12,876 nucleotides of DNA, from assembly GCA_036351155.1 (NCBI GenBank), contig JAZBOO010000023.1, positions 1 to 12,876 of the forward strand, read 5' to 3'. Positions 6,247-12,876 of this stretch are shown here, in pieces. The stretch comes from Candidatus Krumholzibacteriia bacterium. Its GTDB lineage: Bacteria > Krumholzibacteriota > Krumholzibacteriia > LZORAL124-64-63. A program made the translations under genes and the position numbers. The notes under the pieces are model-generated. The model was given only the letters and a program-made list of their open reading frames with translations. It did no database searches and was not told the DNA's origin. The first letter of the stretch is position 1. Each line of letters begins with the position of its first letter.

Positions 6247-6981
6247 TCAGCAGGTGTAGCGGGAGACCACCAGGCAGGCGGCGCGCGGGCTGGGGTCGGC
6301 CCACTTCACCAGAGAGGCGCCCCCCCAGGTGAAGCTATGCCCCTGGATCTGGACCCGGGAATCGGGAGAGGGAAAGTCCAGGTGATTCCGCAGTTCAGGG
6401 TCCAGGACCTGGCCGGCAGGGTAATAACGGGCGATCACAATGCGAACCGGTGCCGACTCCTGACCAGATACACCACCGGACTGGACCAGGCCGGCCAGCA
6501 CCTCGGGATCGGTCAAGTGCAGGGCCTTCAGGGAAATGAGCGTGAATGCGGTATTATATAGTGGAGAAATTTCCCGCTCCACCTCTCCCCAGCGCCCCTG
6601 GAGGACACCAAAAGGGCCCAGATCGGGAATCTGAGCCACACGATCCAGAAACCAGGCCCTCTTGTCCCTGGGCTCCACCATCCAGGAAGAGCACGCATAA
6701 CCCCTTTGGGTGAGCAAATGGTGCCAGATCACGCCCGGCAACCCACCTCCCGACCCCAGGTCGAAATACTGGAGGGCTGTCCGATCCTCAGGAACCCACC
6801 CTTCCTCGAGACCCTTCGGCCAGAGGGCTTCCAGGCCCTGGGCGCATTGATCCAGCAGTCCCTGCAGCACCTGGGCGGTATCTTGCCGCGAAACCAGGTT
6901 AATTTGTCGATTCCAGCGCAAGATCTCCTGGGAAAAGGCGGCCAGGGGGCCTCCCTCGAAAAGTCCGGAGCCCGGGGTCAT
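6247..6981 (-). CDS. rsmG: 16S rRNA m7G527 methyltransferase RsmG/GidB-like protein (divergent), ~244 aa
   Basis: ILRWNRQINLVS, SAM-binding DLGSGGGLPG and VEPRDKRAWFL. Canonical position after mnmG. ATG 6981 overlaps the mnmG stop (ATGA). Confidence 0.8.
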   Translation of the reverse strand: MTPGSGLFEGGPLAAFSQEILRWNRQINLVSRQDTAQVLQGLLDQCAQGLEALWPKGLEEGWVPEDRTALQYFDLGSGGGLPGVIWHHLLTQRGYACSSWMVEPRDKRAWFLDRVAQIPDLGPFGVLQGRWGEVEREISPLYNTAFTLISLKALHLTDPEVLAGLVQSGGVSGQESAPVRIVIARYYPAGQVLDPELRNHLDFPSPDSRVQIQGHSFTWGGASLVKWADPSPRAACLVVSRYTC

Positions 6982-8918
6982 TTCCCACCCCCACCCTCGA
7001 CAACCTCCTGCGCGCCCTTCCACCTCTTGAGGAAGACCATCAGGATGGCCAGGTCGCCGGCGCGCACTCCGTCAATGCGGCCAGCCTGACCCAGGGTGCC
7101 AGGGCGCATCCGGGTCAGTTTTTCCCGGGCCTCGTAACTCAGGGCGGTCATGGTCATGTAGTCGAGGTCGGCGGGCAGCTCGAGATGGTCCAGGTGTTCC
7201 TGGCTCCGGAGCAGGCGCTTGTGCTTGGCGATGTAGCCGTCGTACCGGAAATCATTTTCCAGCTGAAAAAGAGCCGCCGCCAGAACACGCCCGCCTTCTG
7301 TTTTACTGCGCAGATGCATGGTTTTTTTGTTAAAAGTATTCCAGAATTCTTCATCTGCCTGGATATCTTGCTTCATGGTTTCGAAACCTACCCCCGGAAA
7401 CCGGAGATAATCGCTGGCCATCAGACGGCGACCCTTGGCCGGAAAAAACACGCTGGTGCTGCGCAGAAGAGCCGACAGGTCGTCCAGCATTTCCTGGCGG
7501 GCCCGCAAAATAGCCTGGGCCGATCCCGAAAGCAGGCCGAGCTTCAGGGCCAGTGGACCCAGCCGCTCCTCGGCATTGTCACACCGCAGATGCAATCTGT
7601 GTTCAGCTCGTGAAGTGAACATGCGGTAGGGCTCGTCAATTTCCTTGGTCACCAGGTCGTCGACCAGAACACCGATGTATCCCTCGTCCCGACCGATGCT
7701 CAACGGGGCCCGACCATCCAGACTGTGAACGGCGTTGACCCCGGCCACCAGTCCCTGAGCCGCGGCTTCTTCATATCCTGAAGTTCCCAGCAGCTGACCG
7801 GCAAGAAAAAGGCCCGCCACGGGCCTGGATTCCAGATTGGGGCCGATCTGCCAGCTGGGCACACTGTCGTATTCAATGGCGTAACCGAAGCGCGCAATAC
7901 GCGCATTCTCCAGCCCGGGCACCGAATGAACCACTTTTTCCTGCACGTCGGCAGGCAGGCTGGTGCTCAGGCCATTGACGTAGATTTCGGGATCGTTTCG
8001 CGCCTCGGGCTCCAGGAAAAGCAAGTGCCGATCCTTGTCGGCAAACCGCACCACCTTGTCCTCGATGCTGGGGCAGTACCGCGGTCCCTGCCCCTCGATG
8101 ACCCCGCCGAACAGCGGACTGCGATCCAGGCTTTGCCGGATGAAGTCATGCGTCCCCTGATGGGTGTAAGCCATGTGGCAGTCGACCTGATCGACCGAAA
8201 AATCCCCCGTCCGGAAGGAAAAAGGCTGAGGGTCGACATCACCAGGCTGCACGGTGAGCTGGGAAAAATCGATGGAATCGCGCCAAAGCCGCGGCGGAGT
8301 TCCCGTCTTCAAGCGGCGCAAGGTGAAGCCCAGATCGACCAGCGACCCACTCAACCCCTCACTGCTGGCGGCCCCCTCGCGCCCCCCCGTGGTCTGGTTG
8401 TCACCCACGTGCATCAACCCCTTCAGGAAGGTGCCGGTACACAGAACAACCCGGGCGGCGGTCAACTCGCGGCCATTGCCCAGCAGGACACCCCGGGCCC
8501 GCCTGGCATCCCCCTGCTCAGGGTCGAGTTCGAAAAGGATCCCCGCCGCATCGGCCGCCACCACCTCCAGCCCATCCTGGGCCAGAACACGCTCCATCAT
8601 GGTCCGCTGATAGGCGTGCTTGTCGGCCTGGGCCCTTGGGGACTGCACGGCGGGACCCTTTTTGCGGTTGAGAAGCCGGAACTGGATGCCGGTCAGGTCG
8701 ATGACGGCACCCATCTCGCCACCCAGAACATCAATTTCCCTCACCAGATGGCCTTTTCCCAGACCACCGATGGCAGGGTTGCAGGGCATGCGACCGATCT
8801 CATGCACATCGTGGGTGACCAGCGCCGTGCGCGCCCCGAGACGGGCTGCCGCCAGGGCGGCTTCGATGCCGGCGTGGCCGCCCCCCACCACAATGATGTC
8901 GTGATCGAAAGAACTCAC
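6978..8918 (-). CDS. mnmG: tRNA uridine-34 5-carboxymethylaminomethyl modification enzyme MnmG/GidA, 646 aa
   Basis: FAD-binding VVGGGHAGIEAA, MPCNPAIGGLGKGHLVREID, LKTGTPPR, GPRYCPSIEDK, GYEEAAAQG and EPYRMFTSRAE. Confidence 0.98.
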   Translation of the reverse strand: MSSFDHDIIVVGGGHAGIEAALAAARLGARTALVTHDVHEIGRMPCNPAIGGLGKGHLVREIDVLGGEMGAVIDLTGIQFRLLNRKKGPAVQSPRAQADKHAYQRTMMERVLAQDGLEVVAADAAGILFELDPEQGDARRARGVLLGNGRELTAARVVLCTGTFLKGLMHVGDNQTTGGREGAASSEGLSGSLVDLGFTLRRLKTGTPPRLWRDSIDFSQLTVQPGDVDPQPFSFRTGDFSVDQVDCHMAYTHQGTHDFIRQSLDRSPLFGGVIEGQGPRYCPSIEDKVVRFADKDRHLLFLEPEARNDPEIYVNGLSTSLPADVQEKVVHSVPGLENARIARFGYAIEYDSVPSWQIGPNLESRPVAGLFLAGQLLGTSGYEEAAAQGLVAGVNAVHSLDGRAPLSIGRDEGYIGVLVDDLVTKEIDEPYRMFTSRAEHRLHLRCDNAEERLGPLALKLGLLSGSAQAILRARQEMLDDLSALLRSTSVFFPAKGRRLMASDYLRFPGVGFETMKQDIQADEEFWNTFNKKTMHLRSKTEGGRVLAAALFQLENDFRYDGYIAKHKRLLRSQEHLDHLELPADLDYMTMTALSYEAREKLTRMRPGTLGQAGRIDGVRAGDLAILMVFLKRWKGAQEVVEGGGGK

Positions 8919-8930
8919 CTGTTCACCCTG

Positions 8931-10301
8931 TCATTTACCAACACAGAAGCGGCCGAAAACCGAAGCCAGCAATTGCTCGCTGAACACCCGGCCGGATATT
9001 TCTCCGAAGCCGCTCAATATAGAAGAAAGCATGGTGCCCACCACGTCGGGCCCGGCCCCGGCTTCCATTTCCTCCACCAGCATCTCGAGGTCGTCACGGC
9101 ACTGCGCCAGCTTCTGGCGATGACGCTCGTTGAGCACCACTCCCATGGCGATGGCCTCGTTCAAACGGAAAGAATCCACAGCCTGACGCAACGCGTTCCA
9201 CAGTTCAGGAAGCCCGCGACCATCGGCACTGCTGGTGACCACCGCACCTTCGGGTGATCTGGAGTCGACGGCCAGATCGGCCTTGGTGATCACCTGAATC
9301 ACCACGGCCTGGTCGGGCGCCAGGTCCAGGGTTTCCGGGGCACGTCCCTGTTCCTGAAGAACCAGCACGATGTCGGCCTGCGCGGCCACCTCATGAGTGC
9401 GCGCGATGCCCTTCTGTTCCACGCGGCCGGCAGCGCTTCGCAGTCCTGCCGTGTCGTGAAAAACAAATCGCACTCCCTTGTTTTCCACCGTGGCGGTGAC
9501 CACGTCCCGGGTGGTGCCCGCTTCGTCATCGACAATGGCCCGGTCCTCTTCCAGCAACGCATTGAACAGGGAACTCTTGCCCACGTTCACCGGCCCGGTC
9601 AGCGCCACGTGCACACCCTCGCGCAAAAGTCGGCCGGCCGGAGCCAGGTCCAGCAGACGGGAAATCCTGTCCGTCGAGGACCGCAAAGTTTCCAGCATCG
9701 CGGCCGGCTCGATGCCGATTTCCTCCTCATCCAGAAACTCCAGCGACCCTTCCACCTGGGTCAATAAATCCAGCAAGGGGCCCTCGATTTCGGCGAGTTC
9801 ACGATTCAGACCGCCGAGCAATTGACGCACCGCCGCCCTGGCCGTGTGAGCACTTTCGGCGTGGATGAGATCGGCCACCGCCTCGGCCTGATCGAGGCTC
9901 ATTTTGCCGTTCAAAAAAGCACGACGGGTGAACTCACCGGCAGTGGCGGGGCGCGCTCCGGCCTCTCGACAGGCGGCCACAACCTGGCGGGCCACCGCCT
10001 TGCCGCCGTGGCAAAACAGCTCCACCGTGTCCTCGCCCGTGTAGCTGCGGGGGGCCAGCATGGGCAGAGCCAGAACCTGGTCTATGGGGTCATATTCTCC
10101 ATTTTCACAGTGGTTTACAGATCTCAGTATACTGTATACAGCTCTGTGGGTCTCCACCTCGTCACCGAAAACACGCCCCCCAAGCACCCGCTCCGCCAAA
10201 TCCACAGCACCAGGACCGCTGATTCTCACCACAGCCAGACCGGCCGCTCCCTCGGGGGTGGCCAGTGCCACGATGGTGTCGTCCAGGCCGAACTGACTCA
10301 T
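8931..10301 (-). CDS. mnmE: tRNA modification GTPase MnmE/TrmE, ~456 aa
   Basis: DTIVALATP, SYTGED, GEFTRRAFLNGK, G1 GPVNVGKSS, GTTRD, DTAG, TKAD and C-terminal FCVGK. GGAGG lies 8 nt before ATG 10301; TTG 10304 is an alternative start. Confidence 0.98.
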   Translation of the reverse strand: MSQFGLDDTIVALATPEGAAGLAVVRISGPGAVDLAERVLGGRVFGDEVETHRAVYSILRSVNHCENGEYDPIDQVLALPMLAPRSYTGEDTVELFCHGGKAVARQVVAACREAGARPATAGEFTRRAFLNGKMSLDQAEAVADLIHAESAHTARAAVRQLLGGLNRELAEIEGPLLDLLTQVEGSLEFLDEEEIGIEPAAMLETLRSSTDRISRLLDLAPAGRLLREGVHVALTGPVNVGKSSLFNALLEEDRAIVDDEAGTTRDVVTATVENKGVRFVFHDTAGLRSAAGRVEQKGIARTHEVAAQADIVLVLQEQGRAPETLDLAPDQAVVIQVITKADLAVDSRSPEGAVVTSSADGRGLPELWNALRQAVDSFRLNEAIAMGVVLNERHRQKLAQCRDDLEMLVEEMEAGAGPDVVGTMLSSILSGFGEISGRVFSEQLLASVFGRFCVGK

Positions 10302-10336
10302 CAATGAAACCTCCGGGAAAGCCGGACAGGTCGTTC

Positions 10337-10369
10337 AAAAAACAGGGGCGGCACCGTGGCGCCGCCCCT
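10337..10369 (-). terminator. Intrinsic terminator downstream of jag
   Basis: Minus strand AGGGGCGGCGC-cacg-GTGCCGCCCCT-GTTTTTT: an 11-bp stem plus U6. Confidence 0.8.
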
Positions 10370-10391
10370 TGACCACACTCCTGGGCAGCGA

Positions 10392-12083
10392 CTAGATCAG
10401 CGGCGGTGGCGTATCGTCATCCACCACCAGGTCGTTGGTCTCCGGCTGCGGTCCATCATCGAACTCCTCGAAGGTTTCGTCGAGTTCGGGCAGACCATCG
10501 GCGGCCAGTGTCCCGGTCTCTTCGTCATCACGACCGCGAGACTTTCCATCGTCCTCGCCATTGTCCGGAGCCAGCACCACATGCTTCCCGCCGGCCCCGC
10601 CCATGGTGAAGGTCCGCACGCCTTCCAGTCCTTCGACGTGCAGATGCACGATGCGACGCTCACGAGGAGACATGGGCTCCATGTGATAGGTGCGTCCATT
10701 TTCCAGCACCTGGTTGGCCGCTTCGACCGCGCGCTCATGCAGGGACTCTTCCCGACGCCGGCGGTAGTTGTTGATGTCCAGGTTCATGCGCACCCGGTCA
10801 CCGGCCGCCATGCTCACCATGCGCTCGACCAGATGTTCGATGCTGTCCACGGTGCTGCCGTGGCGGCCAATCAACATGCCGGCGCTGGAGTCGTCGGTCA
10901 CGATCTTCACCTGACGATACTCGCCCGGTTTGACCTCGCACCGGATGGGAAATCCCGCCCGGATGAGCAGGCCGTTGGTGAGGTCGGTCATGACCCCGTC
11001 GATGTCGGCCTCCGCCACGTTGCGCAGCGGGTCGGCGTACTTGGTGGCCTTGATGCCGGTCAAGATGATCTCGTCTGGTGTCATGTCTCTTTCCACTTCG
11101 GCGGCCCGGGGCATTTCCCGGGATTGAGGCGCTTGATTGTCGCGTTCATTTCTCCGGGGCGTATCTTTCGGGAAGTCTCTCCGGTTTTCATTCCGGGCTT
11201 CATTCCGGGCTTCATTCCGCGGTGCCTCGTTAAGAGGTCCTCGGCTCTGCTCGTTCTGGTTCGCCGGGGCCTGGGTTTCCACGCGCTCGGGACGATCCCC
11301 CTGGTTCGTGTTCCGCCGGCTGCGGCTGCGGCTGCGTCCCGGTCGGCGGTCACGCCGCTCGCCGCGTTCCTGCTGACCCCCATCGCGACGGTTTTCCTGC
11401 CCGTTACCGGCCTCGACCTGCGCCGCTCCGGTTTCGGCCTGGCGGGTATTCGGCTCATCATTCCGGCGACCTCGGCCTCTGCGAGAGCGGGAGCGGGAAC
11501 TCCCACGATCCGAGCGCTCTTCCCGCGGCGCGGCACTGGTCTCGTCACGGCGCTCGGTACGCTCAGAGCGCTCCGGCCGATCAGAACGCTCCGGCCGACG
11601 ACGACGGCCACCACGCTCCTGCTGGTCTCCCCGTTGCGCCTCGTTGCGCTCGGTGTTGCGCTCATTGCCGCGGCTGTTGTTGCGACTGTCGGAACGGTTG
11701 TCGGAACGGTTGTCGATACGGCCGTCATTCCGCTCGTTGCCACGCGCCTCGCTGTTCTCCGTGCGCGCACCACGGCCACCGCGCCGGTTGCGCCCGCCAC
11801 GTCCTCGCGAACGCTCTTCGCGGTTGCCGCCCTTTTCACTCAGGTCGTGTGCCACCGCATCGGTGTCGCCTTGACGAAAATCGCGGCGGTTCTGGTTGCT
11901 CCGGGTTTGTTTTCGCGTGACCAGGACCTTGGCACTTTTACTTCCCAGGATGCCGAACAGGCCACTTCTGGGTTTTTCCAGCACTTCGATGCGCACCTCA
12001 TCTTTGCGGGCGCCCATGCGCAACAAAGCCTCGTTCACGGCATCTTGTACGGTTTTACCTTGGGATTCGATTTTGTCTGTCAT
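10392..12083 (-). CDS. jag: RNA-binding protein Jag/EloR/KhpB (Jag_N, very long low-complexity linker, KH, R3H, acidic tail), 563 aa
   Basis: Jag_N GKTVQDAVNEAL...IEVLEKPRSGLFG; KH GMLIGRHGSTVDSIEHL; R3H MEPMSPRERRIVH. Canonical position between yidC and mnmE, with ATGA overlap of the yidC stop. Confidence 0.93.
   Translation of the reverse strand: MTDKIESQGKTVQDAVNEALLRMGARKDEVRIEVLEKPRSGLFGILGSKSAKVLVTRKQTRSNQNRRDFRQGDTDAVAHDLSEKGGNREERSRGRGGRNRRGGRGARTENSEARGNERNDGRIDNRSDNRSDSRNNSRGNERNTERNEAQRGDQQERGGRRRRPERSDRPERSERTERRDETSAAPREERSDRGSSRSRSRRGRGRRNDEPNTRQAETGAAQVEAGNGQENRRDGGQQERGERRDRRPGRSRSRSRRNTNQGDRPERVETQAPANQNEQSRGPLNEAPRNEARNEARNENRRDFPKDTPRRNERDNQAPQSREMPRAAEVERDMTPDEIILTGIKATKYADPLRNVAEADIDGVMTDLTNGLLIRAGFPIRCEVKPGEYRQVKIVTDDSSAGMLIGRHGSTVDSIEHLVERMVSMAAGDRVRMNLDINNYRRRREESLHERAVEAANQVLENGRTYHMEPMSPRERRIVHLHVEGLEGVRTFTMGGAGGKHVVLAPDNGEDDGKSRGRDDEETGTLAADGLPELDETFEEFDDGPQPETNDLVVDDDTPPPLI
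11187..11219. repeat. 12-bp coding tandem repeat in the jag linker (RNEA units)
   Basis: TTCATTCCGGGC x2.75 on the plus strand. Confidence 0.85.
11687..11715. repeat. 12-bp coding tandem repeat in the jag linker (DNRS units)
   Basis: TGTCGGAACGGT x2.4 on the plus strand. Confidence 0.85.
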
Positions 12084-12876
12084 GTCGTCTGCCGACCTCC
12101 GTCGTGAGTCGCGTTCCGGTGGATTTTCCAGGACTGGTAAACCTGCAGGATGGTGTTGACTAACCAGTAGAGAACCAGGCCGGAAGGCATGTTGTAGAAA
12201 ATGAAGACCATGAACAGCGGCATCATGGTGGTCATGGCGGCCATCTGGCCTCCACCGCCCGGGGTGGGCGCCACCTTGCCTTGCGCGTACATGGCCAGGG
12301 CCATCAGGATGGGCAGGACATTGAAATCGCTGCCGAGGAAAGGCAAATCAAAGGGGAGCTGGAACAGCGCGTCGGGCTGGGAAAGATCGTTGATCCATCC
12401 GAAGAACGGCTGCATCCGCAAGGAAATGGTGTGGCTCAAGCCCTGGTACAGGGCAAAGAACACCGGCATCTGCACCACCAGGGGCAGACACCCGGCCAGA
12501 GGATTGACGCCCTCTTCCTTGTACATCTGCATGGTGGCCTGGTTGAGCTTTTCCTTGTCTTTCTTGTACTTCTCCTGCAGGGCTTTCAGCTTGGGCTGAA
12601 TTTCCTGCATTTTCTTCATCGACTCGGTCTGCTTCTGCGTGAGCGGGTAAAACAGCAGCTTGGTCAGCACCGAGAAAATGATGATGATGATTCCGTAGTT
12701 GGGAATGAACTGATTCATCCAGTTCATGAACCACAGAACCAGGCTGGACAGGGGCCGGATCATCCGCATGCCCAGGTCAACCCCACCGGTCACATCGTGC
12801 CCGAATTCCTGCACCAGTTCCACCGAGGCCGGGCCGATGAACAGGTCGATCCCCGCCGTGGCGATCTCTCCCCCCA
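12080..12876 (-). CDS. yidC: Membrane protein insertase YidC, 3' part (start lies beyond the right edge)
   Basis: NYGIIIIIFSVLTKLLFYPL, SMKKMQEIQPK, NPLAGCLPLVVQMPVF, WINDLSQPD and PSGLVLYWLVN. The frame stays open to the window edge (LFIGP...VDLG, resembling the end of the periplasmic domain). Confidence 0.97.
   Translation of the reverse strand, partial: GGEIATAGIDLFIGPASVELVQEFGHDVTGGVDLGMRMIRPLSSLVLWFMNWMNQFIPNYGIIIIIFSVLTKLLFYPLTQKQTESMKKMQEIQPKLKALQEKYKKDKEKLNQATMQMYKEEGVNPLAGCLPLVVQMPVFFALYQGLSHTISLRMQPFFGWINDLSQPDALFQLPFDLPFLGSDFNVLPILMALAMYAQGKVAPTPGGGGQMAAMTTMMPLFMVFIFYNMPSGLVLYWLVNTILQVYQSWKIHRNATHDGGRQTT

Noticed and set aside
6553..6558. Perfect TATAAT on the minus strand inside rsmG
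   Set aside because: There is no convincing -35 or extended -10, and a better parA promoter exists at 6123-6152.
7926..9257. 443-aa plus-strand ORF and the other plus-strand ORFs in the track
   Set aside because: They lie antisense to well-supported genes such as mnmG and mnmE and show no independent motif evidence.
10356..12107. 583-aa plus-strand ORF
   Set aside because: Antisense shadow of jag, expected from GC-rich low-complexity codons; it has no recognisable motifs.

Overview
GC-rich bacterial chromosomal segment in which every gene lies on the minus strand. From right to left it carries the conserved origin-proximal cluster yidC (partial), jag/khpB, mnmE, mnmG, rsmG, two perfect parS palindromes, parA and parB. 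ParAB appears to be the start of a five-gene operon, bounded by its own promoter and a strong terminator, that also contains an orphan 2-TM PAS histidine kinase, a membrane-anchored M23 peptidase and a bactofilin. Downstream are an AtpZ/AtpI-family gene with no adjacent atp genes, a structured 479-bp intergenic region (promoter, hairpins, repeats, internal terminator), and the 5' part of a secreted cohesin/FN3-like protein gene that is missing from the ORF track. The most notable items are the parS-parAB-kinase-M23-bactofilin unit, the His-Gln H-box of the kinase, a Jag protein with a ~280-aa RS/RGG-rich disordered linker, and a candidate ~240-nt leader or sRNA. No mobile elements, CRISPR arrays, tRNA or rRNA genes were seen. 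All calls come from reading motifs by eye; no searches were run.
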